A stretch of DNA of 64,000 nucleotides from Squalus acanthias (GCA_030390025.1 CM059433.1:23562001-23626000); one strand, 5' to 3'; counted from the stretch's first letter, positions 40,305 to 52,065 are shown. Translations and numbers: made by a program. The notes: a model not told the origin generated them from the sequence alone.

Positions 40305-41911
40305 TGTAAGGGGTGACACGCCTGTGGCTCTGTGCTTAGCCTGGGTGCTAGTGCGAGATTAGGCCTTGTTGCCTGTTCTGGTCTCCAGCCAGCCTGGTAG
40401 CACTAGACACCTGTGAGTGGTTCGACCCACTCGCCCTTACGGTTCTGACACTGGACTTAGGTGCGAGAGCAATAATGAAGAGAAAACTCAGGTAGACCCG
40501 GTTGAATAGTGCGAAATGGAAAATCTTTATTGCATATTATTCAAGATTACGAAATACATGTCATAAGCACAGATTAATGACAGTACAATATTACTCGCGG
40601 TTATGTAGCTAATTTTAGGGAAACGAGGAGCGCACGACACATCGAAAAAGGGGGCACACATTACAATTATCCTTAAAACTTAAACCCTCCCCTATCAATA
40701 CCTGTTCTAAACTAGATTTGTAGGATCGAGACTCATGCTCACCACTCGTGATAACTCGGAGAATTCCGAAAACTCTGCTCGGATGTTTTTACCGCAGCAC
40801 CTGACCACCCACGTGTTGATCAGGGGTCTCTGTACCCCACTTGTTTACTCGTTTCTGCTCCGGCTAGCAGGCTGGACCGTCTGCTGTCATGAAGATCTGT
40901 GTTGTCCTCGGAGTTCCGATACTACTCGAAGAAGAGTCTTCCTGTGCCCTCACCAGTTTGTAAAATTCAAAAAATGGTCTTCCTGGGCAAGGAAAAGTGT
41001 TTATTCGACATGCAGGCGCGGTCGGAGCTTACTGACCGTGGCGATACGTATTGTCGTCTTCTTCTCTTCTCATCTCATCTCATCTCATCTCATCTCATCT
41101 CGGGCCTTCGGTTCCAACACCGTTTACCGACTTCTCGGGATGGTGTGCCCGTTTCAAGGCTTCACAGCCCAGTTCCACACAGATCTTCGCGGCAAGCCAC
41201 GAGGTTGATCCTGGCGGATCAGAAAGTTCAATAGTCTTTCAGCAAGTCGAGCAGCAAGAGTCAAGATCCACGAGTCAAGAGACAGATGGACGGTTGTACC
41301 TTACAGTTATAGTGCTGTAATTCCTCTTTTCCCGTCCAATCTTAATGTCTTTCTTTTGTCAGGGTTTTGGCGCTCAAACTTCTTGTATAGGGTGATCTCC
41401 GTTTAATGGGTTTCGGTGATACTTGTAACTGTCTGAGTACCCGTTAATACTTCTCCCATTGTGTAACCGGTCAGTATTCTCCCTGGAGGGGTTTTGGGGC
41501 TTCCAAATGTTTCTGTAACTACCCGCAAACGGCTCTCTCATCGTAGAGTCGTGGGGATTTTGCATATTAATGTCTTTGGATGGGTTCTTGATCGCTTGGT
41601 ACAATAGCCCTTATTCGCACCTGGGAGACCGATTCCAGTATTTATGTGTAAAATGCAAACCCATTATGTCTTGTGAATTATCTCAAATGTGCTGAGTCTT
41701 GTCCGATCTTGCACAAATGTTTATTGGAACGCCATCTTGTCTGCTTATTGAAAAGTCTGGAACGTTCTGCCACGAGGCGTGGCGGCCATTTTACAGGCTG
41801 CTTGTGTCCACTTTGAAAACCTGACAGCATTCTGCTGAAATAAAACCGTTGGTACGAAACTATGTGTCTCCTTCTTATTTATAAAATCGTGATAATTTTG
41901 CGAATTCTACA
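40305..41911 (-). repeat. 3' LTR
   Basis: TG...CA termini; ~99% identical to 52066-53672; AATAAA (minus) at 40526-40531; (CTCAT)n microsatellite at ~41068-41101. Confidence 0.97.
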
Positions 41912-41923
41912 GTCCCTCCTGTT
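41912..41923 (-). promoter_or_regulatory. Polypurine tract
   Basis: AACAGGAGGGAC on the minus strand directly abutting the 3' LTR. Confidence 0.75.
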
Positions 41924-42341
41924 GATGCGAATAACTCCGCTTATCGTATCAAAAAAATATTGTGGTGAGCAATATTATCTCGATTCTCCACATCTAGAAA
42001 TTTCCGTAACTTAAAACTATCTAGGGTCTTTGTGTTGTCCTTATTTCCCAGGAAAAACTACATTCTTATAACACCGCAGGCAGCATTTGCCTTTAACTTA
42101 CACCACTTGTTTCTCCTTCCAGGTGTAACCAGGCCGATGCCTCTCGCACCACCTGCATAAAAGAAAACCAAAACAAAACCAAACAATCATATTCAACAAC
42201 AACACCATCACCAAAATAATCAAAACCAACTCTTAAACATGTAGAGTTCCAAACGTAATTACAGTTTCTGAGAAAAATCACGATCGATTACAACACTTCC
42301 GAGGCACACGTGGCAAACGGGAGTGACGCCATTTTGTCTGA

Positions 42342-44852
42342 TTACACGGTGCTTTCATCGTGCACGCGCATGTAACGTTCTCGCCACTCTCCCGTGTTTT
42401 CGTTCTTGGTGAGGCGTTTGCCTCTCTTACAATGCACGACCAATAAGTATACCACAATAAACACTTGGCATACAACTAAAATGTGGGAGGCTATCCTAAT
42501 CCTGGAAGGCACTTCAATGTTGGTGAACAGATTCCACCACGGTGGAATTACTATGTCCAGAATGTCTGTCCCTATCTCGACAGTCTTCTGTTCTAGGGTG
42601 TAAAAATGTTTTTGCGATACCGCGATGGCTTTCAAAAGTTTGGTGAGGTGTTCAGGGAGAGGGGGAATGAGGTATCCGAAATGCGCGACGAATCGCTGCA
42701 GGTCGGTGAAGTTCTCTTTTACGGTAAGATGAACCGTGGATGGTTCAGGGATTGGGACAATTCGCTGTTGTGCTACTTGAACTTCCGCCCTGGGTTTAAA
42801 ACAGAAACTGCTGTCACTCACCGGACACCGGCTACGGTTTCCATGTTGGTAGTGTTGCGCTGCAGTGGTAACACAATATGTTCCACCCCCGATGTATGCT
42901 ACCTGCGGAGGCACATGATCTTGTGCCATTGCCTCCATGGTGCAATTCATGGGCTTGGCGCCAGCCGTTCTGAACCCGCACTGTGGTGTTAAAAAGACAT
43001 TCAAGTGCTGGGGACACAGTATTATGTGTGCTCCCCGGCCACGACAACCAGAGAGATCTGTACCTGTCATCGTTTGCTCCCAGCGGATGACGTAAGGTGG
43101 AACCGCTGCATAGCGAATGTGGGCTCCCCCCTGAATGACACCAATGTTCTCTACCCGATACACCGGGGCGGGCTTTGTTGTGTCGCCCAAAACCGGCATA
43201 CGTAATACTGTACCCATGATAGTATGGTTTGATCGTCCGCAGTCCACGGGGACTGGGTATGCTTCTGAAGCTAGCCTGAGCTGGCACGGGTTTAATGCGT
43301 TCTGAAAAGGGTGGAGCGCCTGCAGGTGTTTGTTACTTATCCAGGACGGGACCAAACCTTGTTTTAAATCCTCCAAATTACTGCGGCCCTCGCCCAGTAA
43401 CCACGCCCCGTAAAGCACGCACACCTCATTCTGCGCAGCCTGATCGGACGCATTCCGATCTTCCCTGATCAGGGCATTTACCGTTCTCGCGTGTTTCTCC
43501 AGCTCAGCTATTATTTCTTTTAAATGGAGAGTCATGGCCTGGTCCTCGTGTAACCCAGACCCAACCACCTTATTTTCATCTGTGAGAATGCTTTTTAATT
43601 GCGTTTTTAAGCCATTAATCTGGGTCTGCAGCTCCACGCTGTCTAGAGCGTTGACCACAGATGTACCTGTGTTGAAAGCAGTGAACACGTCGTTCACAAC
43701 ACCCCTTCTTTGCCTCCCCACCTGATCCAAAACTTCATGTGGTGCGGTGTACAAACTTGTTTTATCAATTTCCGCGAAATCGAACTCATAAAATTGTCTG
43801 AACATCTTGGTCAACAGGACCTGATATAACTGTTCCGTCCTTTTGGGGCACCACTCTGGTAACCGCACCTCGGTGAGATTTAAAATCACCGAGGCCACCG
43901 CGTAATGTACCCCCTGAAATAGTATCTGGTCTGTGGGGACCAGTACCAAACCATTCCCGGGTCCCTTACTGGTTTTAGGGCACCCTTCTTCCTTAGCTAG
44001 AACCACTGGAATCGTGGGCGGGGCTTTGCGTGGGCGCGTAATGAGTTCAGTGGCATTTACCGGGATCGGGGAGTATGGGGCTCCGCACCCCCTGCTGCTC
44101 GCATCCCACCTCATCCCCTGTCCGTTATCCTGCCATTGATTGATGAAAAATATGGAGATGCCTTTGGGGCAAACGTACTTTGACCCCCACATACATACAT
44201 AAATTCCCTCATCTGGTTCCCACCATTTGTCCCAACAGACTCTCACTTGTCCGTTTGTCCCCGTAATTGTCCGATGGGTATTATTACCCAGTCGCTCCCA
44301 CTCGACCGAAGAGTTCCTCATGTTTTTGCTCAGCTTTCGTAGCCACCACCATCGGCTCAATGGGACATTCCCATTACAAGTCAAACAAATCCGTTTGCCG
44401 ACGGTGACGCTGACTCTGGGTGTGATGATCCTTACTTTGGGGCACATTAAAGAAGTCTCTTGGTAGGCAAAACCCGATGTGCTGGAATACTCAGTTGAAT
44501 TCGTTCCCAGCCATCCTGGCCACCTTCCCTTGTGGAAATAGGTGGTGGTCTCCTCAGCCTCTCGTCTTCCGGTCCCATCCACCGCGATGGGGGCCGTGTC
44601 CCCGGAGCATCCAAACACCACGACATCCTTGGTGTGGCCTCGATAGGCCAATCCACATCCGATTGCCGCGAGCAATACTAGAATTCTTTCCATCCTTCCT
44701 TGGTTCCTGTGATCAGATAGAATGAGGTAGCCAACCTCCCAAGAGTCTCTGGCTTTTGTGAAGGGTGAGCGGGTCCCCTGACCTCGCCTCACGTAAGAAG
44801 ACATGTGCGCTGGATAAACTTTAACTAATCCTATCTCTAAAACTCCCATCAT
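42342..44852 (-). CDS. env: Envelope glycoprotein, class I fusion (paramyxo/pneumovirus F-like) with N-terminal Ig-like domain; likely start at 44693
   Basis: Signal peptide MERILVLLAAIGCGLA; furin site RQRR then GVVNDVFTAFNTGTSVVNAL fusion peptide; heptad repeat; Cys-rich region; TM ILVVCQVFIVVYLLVV; intact ORF. Confidence 0.88.
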   Translation of the reverse strand: MMGVLEIGLVKVYPAHMSSYVRRGQGTRSPFTKARDSWEVGYLILSDHRNQGRMERILVLLAAIGCGLAYRGHTKDVVVFGCSGDTAPIAVDGTGRREAEETTTYFHKGRWPGWLGTNSTEYSSTSGFAYQETSLMCPKVRIITPRVSVTVGKRICLTCNGNVPLSRWWWLRKLSKNMRNSSVEWERLGNNTHRTITGTNGQVRVCWDKWWEPDEGIYVCMWGSKYVCPKGISIFFINQWQDNGQGMRWDASSRGCGAPYSPIPVNATELITRPRKAPPTIPVVLAKEEGCPKTSKGPGNGLVLVPTDQILFQGVHYAVASVILNLTEVRLPEWCPKRTEQLYQVLLTKMFRQFYEFDFAEIDKTSLYTAPHEVLDQVGRQRRGVVNDVFTAFNTGTSVVNALDSVELQTQINGLKTQLKSILTDENKVVGSGLHEDQAMTLHLKEIIAELEKHARTVNALIREDRNASDQAAQNEVCVLYGAWLLGEGRSNLEDLKQGLVPSWISNKHLQALHPFQNALNPCQLRLASEAYPVPVDCGRSNHTIMGTVLRMPVLGDTTKPAPVYRVENIGVIQGGAHIRYAAVPPYVIRWEQTMTGTDLSGCRGRGAHIILCPQHLNVFLTPQCGFRTAGAKPMNCTMEAMAQDHVPPQVAYIGGGTYCVTTAAQHYQHGNRSRCPVSDSSFCFKPRAEVQVAQQRIVPIPEPSTVHLTVKENFTDLQRFVAHFGYLIPPLPEHLTKLLKAIAVSQKHFYTLEQKTVEIGTDILDIVIPPWWNLFTNIEVPSRIRIASHILVVCQVFIVVYLLVVHCKRGKRLTKNENTGEWRERYMRVHDESTV

Positions 44853-45106
44853 TTTACTTCTTTCTATTAAACAAAATTAAACTACCGACTTAAAACGATT
44901 TAAAACTATAACCTTATAACCTCATCTAAAACTATAAACTTATTCTTAACCTTAAACTGTACAGCGCCGCCCGTTCCCAGGGCGGCCTACTTAAATTCTG
45001 AAAAGGCTGCCACGAGCTTTCCCGACGGTGGGAGGGCATTGACCCCTCCCTTTGATCTGCCGCAGCCTGTTGCTGCTGCGCTGGGACTGGGATCTCCCTG
45101 GGCTGC

Positions 45107-48100
45107 CTAAGCCTTGAGCCTACGCCTTGGGACACTCTGGGGACTTGACCATATCTTCCTGGGTTGGGGTATCCGACTTGACCTACGGAGAGCTACCGGG
45201 GGCAGGAACTCCAGGACCGACGGACCGGGTTCCGAGACTTCCACCGTGGCGACCTGTGGTCCCACCACAGTCGCTGGCTCCGCCTCCCCTGGCTCCGCCT
45301 CCCTGAACTCGGGATCTGCAGCTTGTGGCACCGCCCTACTTGGCCCAGTAGGCGGCCCTTCACTCGCAGTCCCTACCTCCCTCGAGGGCAAGACGTTCAA
45401 GGCGGGCGGCTCGGGCTCTGAGGTTTCCATCGCCACGCCCTGTGGTCCCGCCACAGCGGCTGGCTCCGCCCCCCATAGCTCCGCCCCCCTGTGTTCGGGA
45501 CCTGCAGCTTCGGCCTCCACCCTGTGTGGATCTCTATCTGCAGCCCCTGTCCCCCCTATACCTGAATCGGGGGCGACCCTTTCGTCCTCCGATTCCAGCT
45601 CCTCCTCGCTTGTGTCACTATCTTCGTCGAGCTCCTCGAACTCTTCCTCATCTGACTCCCAACCCCAATAAAATATCTCACATTTTTCTAGGATGTCCTC
45701 TCCCCTGATGCAAGCTGCTTTGCCTGCCTGTGTGCCCTGTGGCCCTACCTGGGGCTGCGAGTCCCCACTCGCAGGTTTGGCCCCTGTGGTTGGCCCTTGT
45801 GCACCTGGCTTATACAGTTTGCACTGATTTACGTGGAACCACTTAGTGCGCCGAGGTACCTTTACGGCGTATACCATGGGACTCGCCTTATCTACAATGT
45901 TGTAGGGTCCCATATACAGTGGTTCCAGACTCCCTACTCTGTCGTAGTTTCTGACCATGACCTGGTCTCCTACTTCCCACTCCCGCTTTTAGCGGGGTTC
46001 CAGCAACAGGCGATTGCCCTGATGCTGCCTTCCCATGTTCCCAGCCGCCTGCTCATAAACCTGCTTCAGGCGCTCCAAGAGGGTCTGGACGAACTTGTCC
46101 CTGCTTATCTCTTGGAGCTGACCCTCAGTGAGCACCGGCGCTAGCACATGGGTGGGGGTTCGCATGATCCTCCCAGTCATCACCTCGTGCGGGGAATACC
46201 CCGTACTTTTCGACTGACTGGCCCGGACCCCCATGAGGACTAAAGGCAGAACCTCCGCCCATTTTTGGGGCGAGTTCTTAGTCTCTTTCCTCAATTTCTC
46301 CTTCAGGGTCCGGTTCATGCGTTCAACAATCCCGGATGACTGGGGATTGTGCGCTACGTGCCATTTCCCTTCAATGCCCAAAAGCATGAGGGTGTTCTGC
46401 ATCACCTGGCCGGTGAAATGACTCCCTTGGTCTGACTCCACAAAACGGGGAGTCCCCACCGCGAGAACACCTCCCGGACCAAGATTTTTACAGTACCCAG
46501 TGCCGTAGCTGTTCTACAGGGGAAGGCTTCCACCCATTTGGAAAACACATCCACCAAGACGAGGCAGTATTTATAGCCTCCCTGGGTGGTGGGCAGGGGC
46601 CCTATATAGTCGATCTGTATCGACTGCCATGGTCCCTCTACCCTCCTGATGTGCCCCATGGGCACTTTCCTTTTCTGGGGGTCTTGGTTGTTTGCAGCGC
46701 ACACGAGACAGCTTGCACAGAACTCGCGGACCTGCTCCCTGAGCCCCGGCCACCATCCCGCTTGCACTACCCGTTGCCAGGTAACCTCGGGCCCGGGGTG
46801 CCCTGCCCCCGGTCCCTCGTGAGCCAACTGGAGGAATTCCCTCCTGTGCTGCTGTGGCACAACCCACTGCTCTTCGCGGAACAGCATGCCTTCCTTAACG
46901 GAGAGGGTTGCCGTACTGTACGGACCCTCTACCTGCTTCCCCTCAGCAAGGGTTCTGAGGACTGCTTTTAGGGCGGGATCCTGGTTCTGGACGGTCTTAA
47001 GGTCTAGGGGCAATGCTACCCTGGTGTTCCCGGGATTCCTGTCCCTGCCTTGGATCGCTGCCATGGGTCTGGGCCCATAGGGGTCCTAGAAAATGCCGTT
47101 GCGGGCACCCTCCCTGGCTAGCGCATCCACCTGCTGGTTGCCCTCCCCACGGGGCTCTGTGGAGGAGTGAGCCTTCACCTTATGGATGAAAATCTCCCCT
47201 TCCTCCCCTACTGCTGCTAGGATCTTTTCCAGCAAGGGCTTCACCGTTAAAGGTCGCCCGTCCGCGGAGGTGTATCCACGGCGGGACCAAATGGCCAGGT
47301 ATTCCGTACACGAATTGCATGTGAACATACTGTCCGAGCAAATCGTGTATGGGGTTGGGAAAATTTCTGGGTGGGTAACGACGTACACCACTGCAGACAG
47401 CTCAGCCTGCTGCGCGCTCATGGTGCTGGGGAGCTTAATCGCCAGGGCAAGGTTTGCCGCAGGGTCATAAACTCCGCACCCTGTGAGTCGTTCGCCAGCG
47501 GACACTGTGCTGGAACCATCAACATAAATCTCGCGCCCAGTGGGATGTATCCCAGCCCGCAAACCTATGTTGACTTCCCACACCCCTTCCACCGAACACT
47601 GGTGGGCTGTACCGGGGTATACCAAATTGGCCGCAAGCCTGGGCTCGCAAAGACCTTTAACTCTAAGATCCATCTGGGAAAGAAGAAGGGTCCAGCGCGC
47701 AATACGCACGCTGCTTACGGTCCCATCTTTAATCCTCCCATCTAGAAGCATCTTAGTTGGTGTGTGATGGGTGAGGAAAGTGATGGGAGAGAGCCCTGTG
47801 AAGATCGCTGATCTTTTCACAGCCCAATGCGTGGCTAAAAGGTGCCTTTCGCAATTGGAGAAACTTCTCTCCACATCCGTTAACACCCTGGATGAATAGA
47901 CAACCGGCCTCAGCTTGCCGTGACGCTCTTGGAGCAGCACAGCGCTCAAGCTGTCCCCGCTGGCAGCTACCTCCAGGAAAAACTCCTTCCCCCCATCTAT
48001 GGCCCCTAAAGCTGGCGCGGTCTGCAAATCCCTTTTTAACTTCTCGAAGGCTGCCTGGCAGCCCTCGTCCCAAGACCACTCCACTCCCTTATGGAGGAGT

Positions 48101-49479
48101 CGGAGCAGCGGCGCCGCTGTGGCCGCATAGTCTTCGATAAAATCCCTGCAGTAACCGGTCAGTCCCAAGAAGGACCTCACACCCCTTATGGTGTTGGGAA
48201 TCGGTAACTCTTGCACCGACTCCCTCCTAGCCTTATCTATGGCTCTTTCCCCAGCGCGAATGGTCAGCCCCAGGAATTTTACTTCCTGCTGACCGATACG
48301 TGCTTTCTTAGGGTTCACTTTAAAACCCTTTCTCGCTAGCAGCTCCAATAACTCGGCCAGCAGTGGTCCATGCTCCTCCCTTGAATCCGTAAATAGGAGC
48401 AAATCATCCACGTACTGCACTATCTGATTGGGCTGACTAAACTCCTTTAAACTTCCTGCCATACACTGATGGAAAATACTGGGGCTGTTGTGGAAACCCT
48501 GTGGCAGACAGTTCCATGTGTACTGTTGTCCTTTGAAAGTAAAGGCAAACTTGTACTGGTCCTCTCGCCGCAGCGGGATGGACCAAAAACCGTTCGAGAT
48601 ATCCAGCACCGTGAACGTGGTCGCGGACGCTGGGATACTCCCTATTAGGTCAGCGACTGCTGCTACCGTGGGCGCGCAGGCGGGAATGTTACTGTTAAGG
48701 ACTCTGTAGTCCACCGTGGCCCTCCACGAATTATCCGGTTTCCTAACCGGCCATAATGGGGAGTTCACGTGTGTGGCTATCGGCCTCAACACGCCCTGCT
48801 GCACCAAGGAGGACATTGCTGTCTCCATATCGGGTTCTGCTTCTTTGGGGAAGTTATACTGCTTTTGGGGCCGGGTCATGGGGTCCCCATCTACGCTGAC
48901 CTCAAACCCGGTAACCCTCCCACAATCGTGCTTGTGGGTTGCAAACGCGTGCATATTATCTGACACGTACGTTTGCATGTCCGTTGGGACATCCGCGACC
49001 ATAAGCCCGAGGTCGTAGCCTCCGGATGGCTTCATGGTACACAGGGCCCCTGTTCCTTCCTCCCCCGGAATTACCACTACCTCGCCTTCTTCACCCTTAG
49101 TCCCCCAGAGACAGTGATTCCTGAGGTCCACGAGGATCCCGTGCCCCGATAGGAGATCGGACCCGAGGATGCCCCTCCCACCCCCCTCTTGCCATTTCAT
49201 CAGTATGCACTTCCACGTGGTGTGGAGTGCTCCTAAATGAATGGATAGCGGAAGGGAGAACGCGCCAGCCTGCTCTTTTCCCGTGAACCCCGCTAATGTG
49301 AATGGGACCTTGGTAGATAGCGGTGAGTCAAAAGGGCTATCTGTATGAATCACGGTGCATGAAGCTCCCGTGTCCAACAAATAACTACCCTTCTGTTGCT
49401 CTACCTCCATCTCCACCAGGGGTCGCTTCCACGCATCATAGCTGAGTGGACACAGGTAGACGGGCTGTGCGGGCTCTAG
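45107..49479 (-). pseudogene. pol: pol (protease-RT-tether-RNase H-integrase-GPY/F-acidic tail), disrupted
   Basis: LLDTGAS; LPQG, YVDD; degenerate RNase H FFLEVAAS; active-type RNase H YVDGS/AQQAEL/SDS/VKAH/GNQQVD; HHCC; IDYIGP, SDQG, VERMN; TAG at 47086, 1-nt frameshift at ~46448, TAA at 45989. Confidence 0.93.
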
Positions 49480-51192
49480 TCATTGGGTACTATTGGACGG
49501 GGCTGTGGCACCTGCGGGGCCGGTAGCAACCGCCACCCTTCCATGCGCACTCATGAGGTTGCGCATGGCTCCCAACACTGATTCGATCGCGTCGGGATGG
49601 ATGGGTGCACTAGCTCCCCTATCAGAGACAGGCGCTTGGGCTCGGGCTGCGGGATTTTTATCCCTGGAATCCTTCCAAGGGTTCCTGCAGTTCTTGCGCC
49701 AGTGCCCTGTCTTCCCACACCCGTAACAAGCATTGCTGGCCTGCGGGGCGCGGTTACCCTCCTGATGCCACTCCTTTTGAGCCGGGGCTGCGGGTCGTAC
49801 CTCATGCACCTTTCCCTTAAGGGGACGTGCTCCCATACCCCTGGTATTACGGTACCCTACCGTGAGTCGATTTAGGACCGACTCCTCTGTAGTGGCGGGG
49901 TCAGTGGGATCAAACTACGCTTTTGCCTGCTCCCTGACGGCTGGCAAACTGTTGGCTACTATACACCTGAGCCAATGAGTTAAACCGACGCCGTCCAACT
50001 CGGCGCGCTCTGGCGCACCTGGGCAGCTACGCTGGTATACTGGCTACAGCCTGTCGGCGAAAACCTTCGGGGGTTCTCCCTCCATCTGCACTGTTTGTCC
50101 CAATCTAATGAACGGACCTTCATCGTCCGCTCCCAACACTTCTAGGACCTCATCTCTTAACTCCCCATAGGTATTATTTCCCCTCTTGCTCTCGTCTGAG
50201 AGACACTGAAGGATCGAGCTGTCTAATGAGAACAACAGCATTTTTGCTTTTTCCCCATCGTCGCAGCCGTTAATGGCTGCGGTTTGCTCTACCTCCCTGA
50301 AATGTACGGAAGGGTCGTCTGACTCGGCCAGCTTCCGTACGTGACTGATCATAACCCTCAGCTGGTGTGAGCTGTGAGGCAACACAAGCTGGTTGAGGAG
50401 ATCCCCCTCTGCCCCACCGTCTCTGTTCGGGCCCCTTTTGATACCCGTGACCGGACACAACGATCCCGGCTTCACTTCTACCTCAGTGGGCTCTTTCTTT
50501 ACTTCTACCACTTCCTCCCTCACCCAGGTTGCCGAATAGCTGGGTGGCGCGGAGGGCATAGTGGCTAATACTTCCTCTGCTTTGTTCGGTGGGGATTTCT
50601 GAAATCCCTCATCCACTAGCGGCTGGTGTGCTGACGGGCTGATAAGGCACACCATGCCGTGCGCTTTGTTCAAGGCCTTTTTAAGGTTCCCTATCTCCTT
50701 TTGGCAGACACTGTGATCGGCCCCCTGAAATTTATCCTCGAGGGCCATCTTATATGCCGCCCTAACCCCCGTTAAGCTCTCTTCCTGGGCTTTTATTTGG
50801 GCAGCTAGGCGGGCACATCGTTCCTTTAATCTACCCTCACTTAACTTTGCCTCAGTGACCTGGCACTCGAGGTAATCTATTTTTGCTTCATGGTGGTTGG
50901 CGACTAACTGGCGTTCTTGATGCAACGCATTTAAAGTCGTGATGAGCTGCTGCCCCCCCGCGACCTTCTCGTCCATTTCCACCTCTAAACTCTTGATCTG
51001 AGCTGCCTGCGCTAAGATGACTTGGTCCGAAATTTGGACTTGTCTTTTATAGCACATCAGCCAGACCACTTTCTCCACTGTTTTTTTATGTTCCTTGCTA
51101 TCTGTCCACCTCTCGGCTGCCTCCAGTGGACGCTTATCCACCAGCAGGTCACTTATCCATTTCTTAGTCAAATTCACCTTTCCAAACACATA

Positions 51193-51965
51193 GGGGTAAA
51201 AATTGAGTCGCGCCCCATTTGGGGAGCTAACCTCGCCAGGGCGCGACTTTTAGCGCCCCGAAAAAATTAGCGGCCCCGCGCCGGAACTTCAGTGGTTGCG
51301 CCGCAAGAGGGAAGCGGGGCGCCACTGGAAGCACCCCGCATCCCTCTTGGGGCGCTGCGAGGGAATATCCTGGCGCTACATGCCGCAGCGCCAGGCGCTG
51401 CGGCACGTCGCGCCGCGGTATTGCAGGCCTTCCTCCCCTTCTTAAAGGGGAGGGACCCTGCACAGCGCGAACCGGGGCCCAGCTGGGCCCCCAGGGATCG
51501 GGAGTGCCGGCAAAAGAGCCCGGCACTCAAGAGAAGTGCTGGGCTCTTGGAGCGCAGCCGGCACTTCACGGTGGGGGGGCTTCACGGGGGCCGGAGACAG
51601 CAACGGGGGCAGGTGCTGGCAGGCGGCCAGCAACAAAAATGGCCGCCTGCCACCTCCCCTTTAAATATCGCCGCCCCGGCTGCACGTACGCCTCCCTGAA
51701 CCCGTCGGACATAGCGTCTGGCGGTAAATCAGGGGGCGCGACTGAAGATCGCGGCTGGAGCGCGAGCGGGGTGCTGCGCACGGCGATGACGTCATCGCCG
51801 GCGGCGCAGCGCCACAGGGCGCTACCGGCTGGCGCCACCGCTAACCTCCCGCTGAATTTTACGGGAGGCGTGGGCGGCGCTGCGCCCGGGCGTTAGCTGC
51901 TTTACGCCCCATTAGCGCCCTCTTAAGGCGCTAACGGGAGGCGCAAGCAGCTGAATTTTTCCCCC
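51193..51965. mobile_element. GC-rich Harbinger-type MITE inserted in gag
   Basis: TIR GGGGTAAAAATT / AATTTTTCCCCC, 3-bp TSD ATA. Confidence 0.92.
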
Positions 51966-52043
51966 ATAATCTGCTATTCTCTCTTCCATGACATTTCGCC
52001 CATTCATACCAGGGTCTAACACATTATTCTCTCGCTGCCAATG

Positions 52044-52060
52044 TCCTGCCGCGGTCGCCA
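52044..52060 (-). promoter_or_regulatory. Primer-binding site, imperfect tRNA-Ser-like
   Basis: TGGCGACCGCGGCAGGA, 5 nt after the 5' LTR; resembles TGGCG.....GGCAGGA complementary to tRNA-Ser 3' ends. Confidence 0.7.
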
Positions 52061-52065
52061 TTTTC

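Larger units (their letters stand above)
49480..52061 (-). pseudogene. gag: gag (coiled coil, capsid-like region, single CCHC knuckle), disrupted by a MITE and two TAG stops
   Basis: ATG at 52061; removing 51190-51965 restores the frame; CYGCGKTGHWRKNC; in-frame TAGs at 50044 and 49915. Confidence 0.88.

Noticed and set aside
40735..41320. Plus-strand ORFs (157, 111, 89 aa) duplicated at 52496-53081 as possible antisense accessory genes
   Set aside because: Duplicated only because they lie in the LTRs; they run through a (CTCAT)n microsatellite, have no recognisable domain and are not preserved in the sister solo LTR
44694..44852. First 53 aa of the env ORF as a spumavirus-like long leader peptide
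   Set aside because: Met54 begins a conventional signal peptide; the extension has no supporting features, though it is not excluded
51227..51896. GC-rich ORFs or a CpG-island promoter inside the provirus
   Set aside because: All lie within the TIR/TSD-bounded MITE
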